Shown piece by piece: positions 26,548 through 40,914 of a stretch of DNA of 64,000 bases (its first letter is position 1; every line of letters begins with the position of its first letter). The notes under the pieces are model-generated. The model ran no database searches. It was not told the origin of the DNA and saw only the letters and a program-made list of their open reading frames with translations. The DNA is from Octopus sinensis (taxonomy: Eukaryota): positions 1 to 64,000 of the forward strand of contig NW_021824834.1 in assembly GCF_006345805.1 (NCBI RefSeq), given 5' to 3'. The position numbers and the translations under genes are program-made.

Positions 26548-27264
26548 GTTTGATAAACATTTTCGGTGGTGCCCAATACAACCGCTGTCTAATTACTGAA
26601 GCAATTAAAGATAAATTATTAGATATAAATGAAACCGAAAAAGAAGAAAAAAAAACAAATAAACAACAAAGATATTTTTAGAATAACTTACTGTATCAGA
26701 TCGTTGATTCTGTCGTTATTATTCGGAAGATAAGACAGGCCATCATTTACCATAGACATGCCAAGGAAATCCAGCATCACCGATAAGCATTTCATCACTA
26801 TCCCTTCAGACTTCAGCTTTCTACGTTGCCTGGAGCACATTGGATACAGAGTATGGATTATTAATGATTTGATGACATAGTGTAGGGTTCATTGGCAATA
26901 TTTCTGTTGTAGTGAAAATGATACACTCCTTCCCACGTAACTAAGTGGTATGACTCAGTCACTATAAAGTCAGATAGTCAGTCGTTGTGGGGGTCAGTTG
27001 CAGTAGATTCATTGTACGAGTTCTCAGTTGGAGTCAGTGTCAGTTACGTGATATATACGAGTTCGAGTTACTGTCAAGTAAACGTTACAAAGTCGTTTCA
27101 GCGTTGTTAGTGTACCTGGATATATACTACGAAACAGTTGTCAACAAAAGAAAAAATACTTCACTCATTTCTCTTATTTTGTTCTGTCTTGAGAGAGTTA
27201 TAATGCTTTGGTATAACACACTTACCGGTTCAATTTCCACTCATTTATTCATTTATTCCAAAAT

Positions 27265-27331
<67 letters not shown>

Positions 27332-27826
27332 AATCTCAGAAAAAAAAGCGAAAACAGAAAAATAGGAACGCAGCTTCAATAACAGACGTTCAGAATCAAA
27401 ATCCATTGATACAGTTACAAATGCAGCGACGAAAAAGCTCTCTGGAATAAATAAGTAAGTAATTAAATAAAAGAGTGGAAATTGAACCGGTGGGTGTGTT
27501 ATATTAAGCACTATTAAGGTGCTATGACTCTCACCAGATACAACACAATTCATTTCAACACACGAATTCACATAAGGAATCTGGCAAACCAGATACAAAA
27601 ACTAAGTAGAATAATCTCTTATTTTGTTTAATTATATATTTAATTTAAAAGTGTTCCAATGACCTTGTCCTTGTCAATTAGTCAACCGGATCTTCATACT
27701 AAGGCTTTATAATCGCTCGTTATACATTGCTATCTTATAGCCGTTTCATTATACAACGTTAATATATATTTCGTTCATTATGCAATACTAATTTTATAAC
27801 TGTTCATTATACTAAAGTACATTATA

Positions 27827-28720
27827 GGCGTAGGAGTGGCTGTGTGGGAGGGGCTGTAGAGAACTATATAGAAAGTTCCTTTGATAGTCGGGACCTAATA
27901 GACTTGACTTGTTTTCCAGAGTGGCCTCAGCAGGTAGCAGCTCGGGTACTGGAAGAAAGGAACCTCTATCACATAATGGACTCCCTCTCAAAGGAAGAGT
28001 ATAGATCTTGTGTAAAGGACCCCAACTTGCGGTTGCTTGAATGCCTGCAGGAGGCAAAAAAGTTTATTAAAGATTCATTGATGTAATTTTTTTTAATTGT
28101 AATGGACATTTTTGCCCATAAAAGTGTAACAATATTGTAAGAGGTTTAATACCTCAGTTAGTATTTTTAAAAAACAATGTTTAGAGAAGCAAAAGTTGGC
28201 GGGCGTTTTTTGTCTTCTCCCATCCTTATCATCCTTGTATCATTATCATTCACCTCATTAATGTCCTTGTCCAGCCCGCAAGCTACCTTACTCTATGTAC
28301 TGCCTTTATGGCAAATTCTATAAAATAAAGTAGCTTGCTTACGAACCGCATGGTTCTGGGTTCAGTCCCACTGCGTGGCACATTGGGCAAGTATCCTCTA
28401 CTATAGCCTCGGACCGACCAAAGCCTTGTGAGTGGATTCGGTAGACGGAACCGAAAGAAGCCCGTCGTATATATGTATATATATATATGTATGTGTGTGT
28501 ATATGTTTGTGTGTCTGTGTTTGTCCCCTCAACATCGCTTGACAACCGATGCTGGTGTGTTTATGTCCCCATAACTTAGCGGTTCGGCAACAGAGGCCGA
28601 TAGAATAAGAACTAGGCTTACAAAGAATAAGTCCTTGAGTCGATTTGCTCGACTAAAGACGGTGCTCCAGTATGGCAACAGTAAAATGACAGAAACAAGT
28701 AAAAGAGTAAAAGAAAGAGT
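27827..28720 (+). mobile_element. SINE family B interrupted in its tRNA-like head
   Basis: ggcgtaggagtggctgtgtgg (27827-27847) resumes as aagtagcttgctt at 28328; flanking direct repeat tatactaaagta at ~27808 and ~28720. Confidence 0.85.
27848..28327 (+). mobile_element. 3' end of a non-LTR retrotransposon, possibly Tx1-like
   Basis: Open frame to a stop at 28086, then a pyrimidine-rich UTR ending ..gcctttatggcaaattctataaaataaa; precisely bounded by the two SINE halves. Confidence 0.55.
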
Positions 28721-29044
28721 ATACTAAAGTATTTGCATTCTGTATATCATAATTAACGCCGATATACTGAAGATAGCTTGGAAACTGAGGTATTCGTCTC
28801 GAGAAAGAATCTCATATAGACGAGTTAAATAACGCTTCTTTGAGGGCCAGCTGTTATTATATAATTCTATTTCATGATTATTTGTCATACAACACTACTC
28901 TATAAGCGTTCATTATAGTTTGCTATTTCTAATTGTCTATTATACAAATCTACTTTATAATTGTTTACTGTACAATGGTACTTTATATTTCTTCATTATA
29001 GGACGCTTCTTTACAATTGTTTATTTTATTATTATTTTTATTAT

Positions 29045-29213
29045 ATATACGACAGGCTTCTTTCAGTTTCCCTCTACCAAATCCACTCACAAGGCATTGG
29101 TCGGCCCGGGGCTATATCAGAAGACACTTGCCCAATATGCCACGCAGTGGGACTGAACCCGCAACCATGTGGTTGGTCTGCAAGCTACTTACCACACAGC
29201 CACTCCTGCGCCT
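29045..29213 (-). mobile_element. SINE family B, 5' half
   Basis: Matches 24350-24515. Confidence 0.85.
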
Positions 29214-29600
29214 AGATGTTTATATTACTTTTTTGTATACGCATTGGCATTCCGCTAAATCATCCATAGATTTCTATGGTAAATACATATATGCTGACAA
29301 GCGGAATTAGCCAACACGAGTCGATAGGACGGCTTTCACTGATGAAGCGTTTAGTTCGATAGATTCTCGCTTCGGTTATGGGGAGTTTTCTTCCCCTGTC
29401 AACGTATGTGTATACATTTGCGCACTTCCTACGACACAAGGAGTATTTTATTCTAATTTTTAGCAATGTAGGTGTCTCAGCACGCTTAGTCACATTTAGT
29501 GACTGTTTCTTTGTGGTAATATATTGCGCCCAGCTGTTTATAATAATTAATTATACGATTAATTATACGATTTCGAGTTTTAACGCACAGCAGCTTAATC

Positions 29601-30348
29601 GTGGCTTTTGAGTTGTTTTAACTCTTGTTTCTAGCAATAACTGGTGCTGGTCAGTACCCTCCGTCACTTTAGTGACCTCTATTAATTTTGCCTTAAGGTT
29701 CTAATTGCTAATAAGCCACCCACTTAATCTGTTGTCTACACTTTTACTGCTTTGAAAAACAGCACAGGTTTTCAACAGTTGTTCTTATAAAACTGACTGA
29801 GCTAGGTGTTAAGAGTCGCTGATGCTATGCATCAAAATCTGTACGCTGGAGACTTACCTCCCTTAGTCAGTCATTAAGTACAGTGCTTTGTGGCTTTTGA
29901 GTTGTTCTAACTCTTCTTTCTAGCAATAGCTGGTGCTGGTCAGTACCCTCCGTCGCTTTTGTGACCTTTATAAATTTGTATATAAAGATTATATTCTTCC
30001 ACTACAACAGCTACTGTTCCTCTGAATTGTAGTGACTCTGTACTGCTCCCACTTAAACCCACAAATTTTATCTTTACTTCCACCACTTACCAGCCCCGCT
30101 TTGTCTCTAAAACTCAACACTAAACTCCTCTTCAATCGTCCCTTTACCAAAACTTTCATCCATCTCCATTTTAAATTTATGTCAACCTCCGCCCCACCCG
30201 TTCCACTTTAGCTATAACCATTTATTGCTAGAAACAAGAGTTAGAACAACTCAAAAGCCACAAAGCACTGTACTTAATGACTGACTAAGGGAGGTAAGTC
30301 TCCAGCGTACAGATTTTGATGCATAGCATCAGCGACTCTTAACACCTA
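29601..30348. repeat. Direct plus inverted repeat structure
   Basis: 29601-29690 is similar to 29890-29977 (direct); 29803-29928 is the reverse complement of 30223-30348 (126 bp, nearly perfect). Confidence 0.9.
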
Positions 30349-31233
30349 AAGTTAAACTCAACTAGCTCACATCCATCATCAAACAGGCTCAGGAAAGCTC
30401 TCGGCCACTTATTCCATTTCTTTTTAAAATAAAATATCATACCTGTTGGTTTTCATCCTTTTTACGATCGGGACAATTCTTAAATAAATAAAAAAATATA
30501 TATTTATGTATTAATTTATTTTGATTTTGCTTTTTGATATAGCTTTTAGAAGCGACATTGTTATTTATTACAGTTATTGATTTCAAATATAAGCACAAGG
30601 CCAGCAATTCCGTGCGAGGGGACTAGTCGATTACATCGACCCAAGTTTTCAACTGATATTCATTTTATCGACTCCAAAATGTTAAAAGGAAAAAAAATCG
30701 ACCACAGCGGAATTCGAACTCAGAAAGTAAAGACGGACTTAATACCGTTGAGCATTTGTATCCGGCGTACTAACGATTCTGCCAGCTCACTGCCTTGTTA
30801 TCTAGCATGTAATAAAACGCAATGTGACCTGTCGGTCATCCTAGAGCGAAAGAAGAGTAAAACAACAAACGGAGTGAGCGTTAGTGATACTCAGAGGCAG
30901 TGAAGCAGGAGGACAACTTTCAAAAGTTTTGCTCTAAAGACGATGGTAATTTATTCAAAATAAAACTGCAAATTTCTATTGTAAATAGTATTTATTTTTA
31001 TCAATTTCATACACATATACACATGCACATACGCACAGATATATAAACATATACATGAAATTAAATATTAACTAGTTTTCTTTATCATTATTGTTCACAT
31101 AACCTTTATATAAATGTTATGCGAACGATAATGTATATATATATATTTCTTTACTACCCACAAGGAGCTAAACCCAGAGGGGACAAGCAAGGACAGACAA
31201 ACGGATTAAGTCGATTATATCGACCCCAGTGCG

Positions 31234-31314
<81 letters not shown>

Positions 31315-31456
31315 GAAACGTTAGCACGCCGGGTGAAAATGCGTAGCTGTATTTCGTCTGTTCTGAGTTCAAATTCCGCCGTAATGTTCTGAGTTCAAAT
31401 TCCGCCGAGGTCGACTTTGCCTTTCATCCTTTCGGGGTTGATAAATTAAGTACCAG

Positions 31457-32635
31457 AATATCTTCAACATTGCCAAAGCAAACCTATCAATCATTGCCCA
31501 AAGTAATGAATTAAAAGACATAATCACGGATCGGGCTATGGTTCTTAGTAAAAGACAGCCTAAAAACTTGAAAAAATTACTAACAAAGGCAAAATTTGAC
31601 CTTAGCAACAAAGACCAAACATTCACTGTATCTAAATGCAATGATAGCCGATGTGGCACATGCCAATTCATACATACTGGCCAATATATAAATACAAAAA
31701 CCGGGAAAATATTCACAAACGCGAATATGAACTGCAAAAGCAGAAATTTAATTTACTGCATCAAATGCCCAAATTGTGAAGAAATATATGTAGGTCAGAC
31801 GGGAAATGCACTATCAGAACGCTCACGTGTACACCGGCAACAGATTAGAGACCCAGAGGTCCGTCAGATACCTTTGAGTAACCACCTAGCAACATGTGGT
31901 CGGAAAATGTATATAATATTTCCGTTCTACAAATTACACAGCCCAAGTGAAATCGAGAGGAGAATCAGAGAAAAGAATTTTATTGATAAATTGGAACCCA
32001 AGCTAAATAAGCAATAATAATAATACTTAGAGGTATTACTTCCACTGCTACGACCATGACCACTAACAACAACAACAATACTAAAGGTGATCAAGATGAA
32101 GATAGCAGGAAAATTATCTCATTTAGGGTTAAAAGTTCTATTGCCACCACCATCACCACTAGCAACAATAATTAAGGTGCTGACAATGATGGTGATGACA
32201 ATTGAAATATAAAAATATAAAAATCCCTGACAAAGGCTATTTACAACATTTCTAAAAATAGCCCAACAATTGCTGCCTCGCCCAAAGCGTGACATCTAAA
32301 CCAATCAGCTTAAGTAATTGAGTGATACTACAGACTGATTGGTCAGAATACAGTTTGCAAAACCTAGCAATCTGGAGCCTACCCAGCTGTATTTAAGGCA
32401 CAGATTCAATCATCTCGCTACAGTCAAAAATTGTGAAGCATGACTGTCACCACTACTACATGAACCCGAAGATTGCAGAATTTAATGCATGAAAGTACTA
32501 GTTCAATCAGAATGAACATTTAACATTCTACTATTTTATTTTATTTTATTTTATTCTATTATATTATATTATCTTATAATGTATCATTATAAGATTGTAA
32601 ATAAAACGTGAAAATCAGACAAGGTTGGAATTCCT
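31457..32635 (+). mobile_element. 5'-truncated Penelope-like element (Neptune-like): C-terminal GIY-YIG endonuclease ORF (to 32017) plus 3' terminal region
   Basis: Uninterrupted frame 31457-32017 with KRQPKNLKKLL, Cys-rich linker CNDSRCGTC, LIYCIKCPNCEEIYVGQTG..L.ER...H, HL..C and RE..FI..L.P.LN; downstream HHR; followed by (TA)n. Confidence 0.92.
32461..32505 (+). ncRNA. Minimal hammerhead ribozyme in the Penelope-like terminal region
   Basis: tgaac CCGAAGA t tgca gaatttaa tgca t GAAA gtac TA gttca: 5-bp stem I, stem II, palindromic AGTACT, CUA site; U4C core variant. Confidence 0.78.
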
Positions 32636-32704
32636 TTTATTAATATATTCTTCTATACACAATCACACACACCCATATATATATATATATATTATATATA
32701 TATA

Positions 32705-32744
<40 letters not shown>

Positions 32745-32760
32745 TATATTTATGTCTATG

Positions 32761-32864
<104 letters not shown>

Positions 32865-33486
32865 CATATATATATACATACATACATGTCCATTTTTCCC
32901 ATTATTACCCAGTTTCATACAAGCCCTTATTTCCTTTTAAGTAAAAGATAATATATCTTATTGATTTCATCGATCTAAAAAAATTGTAAACAAACATCCG
33001 GGCACACACATTCGCACACGCACACACACGTGTGTACATGCACATACAAAGGTGTATATATAAATATGTAAGCGTATGTATGAGCGTATATATATGTATA
33101 TATATATATATATTATATTATATTACTTTCATTCTCTCTTTATGTGTGTGTGTGTGTATGTGTGTGTGTGTATGTGTGTATGTGTGTGTATGCGCGCGTG
33201 TGTGTGTGTGTGTTTGGGTCTGTCCTCAACACCGCTTGACAACCGTCTAGGTTTGTTTACGCACCCGTAACCTAGCGGTTCGGCAAAAGAGGCTGATAGC
33301 TTAAGTACCAGATTTCAAAACACATAAATACTAGGGCGCGATATTTTCGGCTAAAACCCTTCAAGGCGGCGACCCGGCATGGCTGCAGGCAAATGATCGA
33401 AACAATTGGAAGAGATAAAAGAAAGTGATGCGGGCAGAGTTACAAGATATAATTGTAGCTGTTTTGTTGTTGGTATCTTCTGGGGT

Positions 33487-33827
33487 GTGAAGGCGCATGG
33501 CTCAGTGACTAGAGCGGCGATTTTACGACCGTGAGGTTGTGAGTTCGAATCTCGGACCGGACTGTGTATTGTGTTCTTGAGCAAGACACTTTATTTCACT
33601 TTGCTCCAGTTCACTCAGCTGTAGAAATTAGTTGCGACGTCACTGATGCCAAGCTGTATCGGCCCCTATGCCTTTCCCTTGGATAACACTGGTGACGTGG
33701 AGAGCGGAGACCGGTATGCATGGGTGACTGCTCGTCTTTCATAAACAAACTTGCCCGGACTTGTGCCTTGGAGAGTAATTTTCTTGGTGCAATCCTATAG
33801 TCATTCGTGACCGAAGGGGGTCTCCGC
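33487..33827 (+). mobile_element. tRNA-derived SINE of a further family
   Basis: A/B-box head gtgaaggcgcatggctcagtg..gagttcgaatctc; 12-bp TSD atcttctggggt at 33475-33486 and 33828-33839. Confidence 0.85.
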
Positions 33828-34419
33828 ATCTTCTGGGGTCAACCATGACTATTATCAAAAGCATCCCAGTCATGACCTCTCGTCTTTCTCCTGGGTATTA
33901 CATATTTCAAATACATAATCCAATGTGTCCTTCCTTTTTTGAACTGCACAGGTGCTCTTTCATTGGTGTGTATAGTTTTGTATTATTTTTGCAACAATAT
34001 TTAGTGGGAATGTCTCATGTCCAAGGAAGTGGTGTACATGTCTTTGTGATGAGGAGCCTGTTTTACTCATTTCTTATAACCACAAACTGATTCTGCTAAA
34101 GAACCGTCGCAGGAGTCTCTCTTTTGCAACTTTACTTATCAGAAAATGCAGTAAAATCACCCTCAAATCATAAGCCTATTGGTTTGATACAAAAAAAAGA
34201 CACAGTGGATAATGTATGTACGTTTTTCTTTGAGTTTTGTTCAAGTTTTTAAGAGAGTTCAAACTGGTCGCTAGCAAAGTGACAAAACGTTCTGAGTTAA
34301 GAGAGTTCCTGGTGTTTGCAAAGATGTGATTGAATTGTTGTGTTGATTGAACTGTCGAAACACACACCCAAATGTTTGCGACTACTCATCTAAAGACTCT
34401 AAGGACAAATCTTCCTTGT

Positions 34420-35890
34420 GTGCAAATACTTCAGATTTGGAGAAAGCGCTTTAGTTTAATTTGGTCTTTCTTTAAAAAACCTAGTATTTCCAGGTTTTTG
34501 TGTAAATCTGTAGGTAAGTAGACTAATCCACGTATGATGATAGGTACAAAGGCCAGTCTAGTCTCGCTTGAGTCGCATGAGACAGTTGTATCTGCTTATC
34601 AGTTTAAGAACTACTCTGAAGATTTTGTTATTCTCATATTGAGTATGAATGTAATGTACGCATTTCTTTTTTTACTGCTCAGCAGGCGTTGTCTCAGTGA
34701 TACAATGCGACATTCAAAGACTATTTGGATTGACATTATGCTTCAGCTGCCATCTCTTCGTTACACATAGATCATATCTGTGCTGCTATTGATACCAGTG
34801 GTGGTCGCTGCCAGTGATGGTCAGTATTTTTCTAGTTTTGGTGCCCAGGCTGCGGATCTCATCAATTGTCCAGTCGAATATCCCAAATGTTGGTACGAGT
34901 ACTGGCGCTGCAAAGGTCTTGTTAAATGCAGGCAGCTCTGAGTTTTATATTTTTCGGAGTCTGCAAAACTCTTTTCTTATTCTGGTTTTACTCACAGCAT
35001 CATCGTACGCAACATTCTCATCGATTCCGAGATATATAGTTTTTATCATAAAAGGTAGGGGAAATATACAAGCCAATGATTCATATGTTCTCTGTCTGGT
35101 CGACAACCATTCTTTGGTTGACTGTCATGTATGAGCATTTATTTCGCCCAAACTCCATTCCTTTGTCCCTTGAGAATGTTGTGACCAATTGTCTTTTTAT
35201 ATATTGTTCATGTAACCAGAATATAACTTCAGATCATCAACAAAAAATGTCCTGGTGATATTAATTTGTTTTTTTGTTTTTTTGCATATCTCATCATGTA
35301 GCCTTGGCATTTTGTTAGCAAACAATATTGCAGATAAACTATCACCGTGGAATTATACCTGTCGATAGCTTAATTCTGTTTGTAACCATAGGTATTGCTG
35401 AAGTAGTTGTCAGTGGTATTCACAATAGCAGCTAGTTCTTTGTTCTATTGTAATGATTCTACCATTCATAAGCGGAGAACAGAGTCGAACGCCTTCTCGT
35501 AGTCTATCCGTATTGTTAAGAGATTACTGTGATGTCGCTTGGTTTCCTTAAAGATAACTTTGTTCATGAGGAGGTGTCCAGCACAGCTCCAGACTCCTCT
35601 CTTTCTTCCTGCCTGTTCATCAGTTATTGCACCATTTGTTTTGCAATGGTCTTAGAGAAGCATATTCAGACAACCTGTATGCAGTATATACTCAGTATTC
35701 AAGTATGCTATGGGCCTGTAGTTTTTTGCCACACGGGTTTCTTTGTTCTTAGGGACAAGAGTAATCCGTCAACCAATCTAGTGTATCTAGCTCCGCGTCC
35801 ATTTTGTTTTCAACAGGTTCCTGAGAATCTCCCTATACATCGTGAGATTCTTGTACGAGTATCCTACTACCTGGTCACTCCCCAGTGATT
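34420..35890 (-). mobile_element. Decayed non-LTR retrotransposon RT region, R4/Dong-like
   Basis: Minus-strand remnants LVPKNKET..AKNYRPIAYLN, EQAG.KRG, IDYEKAFDSV, HGDSLSAILF, FVDDLKLY and TKTRKILT. Confidence 0.75.
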
Positions 35891-35894
35891 TTCC

Positions 35895-36470
<576 letters not shown>

Positions 36471-37149
36471 ATTACAAAACTTTGATCTACCAATACACGT
36501 ACCTAAACAAAACTTTCTCTATCCAAAAGGGATTTCCAGCCTAGTATTTACATGTTATTATTTATAGTTTTAAGGGATGCACTACGAGCTCCAATTTCCA
36601 AAGAAGAATTCTTTCCTGTTCTCTCGAAAGCAACAATTCCCAAAACCGCCATCACCTTCGCAAGAAGTAAACCTGCTATGTTACCCAAAGCACCACGAAA
36701 ACCCTCAAACTCAACAAAAAAAAAAAAAAAAATACAGCAACAGCAAATTACCAAACACACAAAAGAAGTCATCAATTTCAACATTATAAACAAAATTAAC
36801 AGTGGTTGGAAGGACTACGGAAAGAAATATAAAGACTAAACGGAAACAAGAGGAGAATTTGAGAATCTTATTCTTATAATCTTTAAAGACAGATTAATCA
36901 TCAACGAAAACGTCAAGAAATATTTAACGTACTCTCTTGGACAATTTCTCAAGGAATACTGAGATTTTTATAACAAGACTCTATTACAAGGACCTTTTAA
37001 GGGATTCTCCTAGAAAAGGATGCTGACTATCTACCTTCTCAATGACGAAGGTGATTAAATTCTCCTATTTTCTCCTAAGTAAATTGGTGTCACTCGAAGT
37101 AGGATGTGCAAATGCTACACTTTCTGGTGTCCCTTTTGAAGCAAGATAA

Positions 37150-40100
37150 CTTGTTCAACGGTTTCACTAAACATAAATATGGTAGCCTTTATCGAGATCA
37201 TAATTTCTACAATGCATGCACTCAATCCCATTTTTGACAAGGTATACTCCTCTTGGGGCCTTAGAGAAATGGACGCTGGGGTAGCCGTGATTTTCTGGCA
37301 ATCATATGTTTAGAGCTAAAATTGATCATCCTAGATCCGGGCCTTTAGCCAGTGGTTTGGGATGTAAAAGATAGCAAAGACAGTACCTTCAAACTAGAAG
37401 TCATCTATGCAACCACCGGAGGATGACCAGACGTCTACAAAACGTTGAGGGGACATACTTCTTATTACTAGTAGGAAACTGGAATTATATTTTAGACGCA
37501 CAATGGGATTGTGTCGGTTAGACTCATAGGAGGAGACGGTGCACAAATCTTGAAACCCTGCTCAAACATTATTTTCAGCTGTCTAATGAGTACTAACTGA
37601 ATTTCTCGAATGTGCCAAAGTGTACAAGTAGCACATACAAAAGGTCACCCAGATCGTACCAAAAAGAGTGTTTGTCAGTTTATCAGACAGAAATAGCGTA
37701 TAATGTCCACATTTTAAACTAGTCGATTACACAGTCCACAAATTTTGTGAACTCGCTGTCGACTTAGAAAGGACTCATAAACAAGGACCCAGTAACTGAA
37801 TGCGTTTTTCCGCGAGTGCAAGGGCTACAGAGGCAAATTAGTAAGCTAGTCAAACAGCAGTTGATGGGACAATTGCCAACAACAGGTGATGAGATGCACT
37901 TAAGAAGAGCGATTAATATGAGTTGGTAGCATTTAGAAAAATGCTAGTGTGAGAGAGAAAGAGATTAGAGAGGAAGCAAGATAGCAAGATAGCAAGCTAG
38001 AAGAGGTGACTGACGTCCCAGCGACAAGAATGAGCCTCGACCGTTTCTTCAATACGAAACACAAAAACTGCGTTGTCAGAGATAGTACTCGAGCAATAAA
38101 GCAAGACAGAATGAAAGCATTTCGGCGGGCACAGCTGGTAAAGTACGATATGGTAACAAAGCCACGATTTGACGAACCAATATGGGCGCGTTACTATTCA
38201 ATTCAAAGCAGATGTATGTGGCATTACAACAGCAATTTTTGCTCGACTGTTTGGAGTGAGCGACAGGTCAAGGAAAGCTATGGACTTCAGTGTCTACCTC
38301 AGCAATCTGTCGCGGCTCTCGGTATAAGGTACAAGGCTAATCATAGCAACTGAGATACAGGTGGTAGTGAGTGATTGTGCCAAGGACAAATCGCCTTGAT
38401 TGAATGGTCTGCACTATGATTTTTTATGGTTTTATGCCTTACTTGTTTAGGGAGTTCCTACCGAACGTTTACCAGAAACCGATTGCAAAATGAATTTCCT
38501 GTACTGTAGATGACGGTGTGTTAACGCTGTTGAGTAAGAACGCCAGAAAAGAGGACATTAAAGAGAGTTTGTGGTATATGATCCTGCTAAATGCAGGGCT
38601 TAAGATTTTGGCTAAGGTGTTAGTAGATACGTTGGAACTTGATGTCAGTGAAGTGATCGAGGAAACACAAATTTCTGTGATCCCCGATAGATCCATCTAG
38701 AGCATATGAACCTTCATAGAGGGAATGAGAAATAAATCTGACTTTGGTTGGGCACTAATCTATTTCGATCAGTCGAAAGCTTTTGATAGGCTAACTGTCT
38801 CTACTTGGCAATAGGTCTAAAAGCAGTCGGTTTCAGACCCGTTTTCAGAGTCTGGATGGCGGCAATGTACGGTGGCACTTCCTCGGTGGTCAAAGTGAAC
38901 GATCATCCGTCAGGAATATACTCTCCTGTCTCGTTTATACATACTGGCTCTCGGTCCGTTGAGGACTCTGAAGGGGCATCCTTTTTTGAGCTGGGGTGCA
39001 GGAGCACTGCGTCGGCATATGCAGATTGTATCGCTGTGATGGTGTAGGACTCCACAAGGATGGAAGTAATCAGCACTATTCTAAAGCAAAGATAAATTTG
39101 AACAAGACTGCGGGATTGCAGCGCGGAACCCTGAGAGCCAAGTCTAAGCTGTTGAAGTTCGTTGTAGGTCGCTAGACAGACGGACCGGTTAAATTGCGTG
39201 TGGTTCGATCTTCCAAGTGAACAGAACTGGAAGAGATTACGAGCATGGGAACTTAGAAATGAGCTGAGAGAAGGTTATCCATGAATGACTGAGCAAAAGT
39301 GACGAAAGCCTACATTGCCACAGTCAGAACTTACCGCCTAACTATTGAGCCTTGCTTCAGGACTCGCTTGGCCAGATTGGACCATCTACTTCGCTTCCTG
39401 TAGAAGAGACGCGTCCCAGTGGTTAGGCGGTTCATCTGTTGCCAACACGCTCTGGAAAGCGGACTCGGATTGTTGTGGCTGCTGCTCTGCAGTCACGCGC
39501 TGAAACTGCTGCATCACCTGCAGAGTTTACTCCACGGTGAACAGGTATGGTCTCCGTTTCTAATGCAAGTTTTCCTGCAGCTTATTTGTTTAATGAAGCA
39601 GCAGTCTTGTGTCAGGAGAAGATCATTTGAGTGCTTGACATCTGCAGTCGAGAGAAGTTGCACTTTAGCAATATATAAGCACTAGTCGTGAAAAGAAAGG
39701 TAATCTCGGGGAAACTCTAGGCATCAACGAAGACTTACTAGCTGAATTGTTTCAGAAGAATTTCTAGTTAGTAAATGCGTTGCATAACTTCCAAAAATTC
39801 TTGACCTGGCAGTGCTACCTAAGGGTACTACTGGTTCGAGTTAAACTCTACAAGCGCGGAAGTGCAACCAAGAGAAACTGTCCGAAATGTGTGCAGTGGG
39901 ACAAAACTGTACTGCACGCACTCGTGCAATATTCAGAGCATTGTTCACATGTGCAGTTATGTTCAACAGCTGTTGTTGCGAGCAGAACGAATTCGGCTGT
40001 CGGCCAGGTCCATCGTGAAGACCACCCTCTAGGACAGGCATTATTCCTCTTTTCGGTGACTATAGCGAAAAATGTGTGGTGATCGAGTCTGACAGGCTTA

Positions 40101-40515
40101 AGCACAGACACCTTTTTCTTTGGTCGGGCCCTCATCAACTTTTTCATGTTTCACTTGAAAAGAAAAGTGAGAGCGAATTTTTCAAAAGGTGGGTGACTAG
40201 CAAAAATGGTCAGGTCGAAAGGAAGTACTCTAAGCATGCGACTGTAGAGTAGAGAATAAGAGTTCAGCGAGAGTTTGTGCACTTCGTGGTCAGGTTGACC
40301 GTAGATCTGAGGAGTCCCTTGGTTCATCTAAGTTGGAGGCTTTTCTGTATCAGGAGGACTGTATCATTCATGGTTTCACGTTTTGTATACTGTGCATACT
40401 TTTCTCATTTTCTTCTCCTCGTTTTTTTTATATTTAAACTCCCCGCACAAATTGTAAAATATCCTTGTAATGTCCCTCTCATCAGACGCTTTCGTGTCTA
40501 GAAATTATTATTATT
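37150..40515 (+). mobile_element. Old, near-complete ORF2 of a Tx1/L1-clade LINE (APE-RT-zinc motif), many stops
   Basis: Collinear remnants FKLEVIYA, VGNWNYILD, KSP*LNGLHYDFY, ILLNAGLKILAKVL, DQSKAFDR, AYADCI and LTWQCY..CPKC..TVLHAL. The 3' part is homologous to 1580-2652; 36480-37150 may be an ORF1 remnant. Confidence 0.85.
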
Positions 40516-40914
40516 GCTGGAAATTATTAAGTAAAAGAAGCTATTATAATTATTTGCAGTTCTGAGTTTAAATTTTGCCGAAGTCAACTTTGCCTTTCAT
40601 TCTTTCAGAGTTGTTGAAATAAGGACCAATCGTATACTGTGTTTGATGTAATCGTCTAAACCCCTCTCCCAAAATTTCAGTCTTTGTGCTTATAATAGAA
40701 AGGAGTATTAATCGCAGTTCACTTGTTGTTTGGATATTATTTCAAACAGCAACTTTTATTGAAGATTTTGGATCCACTACCGCGGTTAGACAAGGTCAGA
40801 TTTTTAAAATTATTTCCAGATTTATTTCAGCTTCACATTACACGGGGACCACGTTCAAAAGAAATTACATTGAACAAAATAATTATCTAACAAAAACGAA
40901 TATCACATGATATA

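Noticed and set aside
31538-32017. Naiad-type (selenoprotein) Penelope or a host GIY-YIG nuclease gene
   Set aside because: The endonuclease is C-terminal, has no in-frame TGA, is 5'-truncated, and is followed by a PLE-type terminus.
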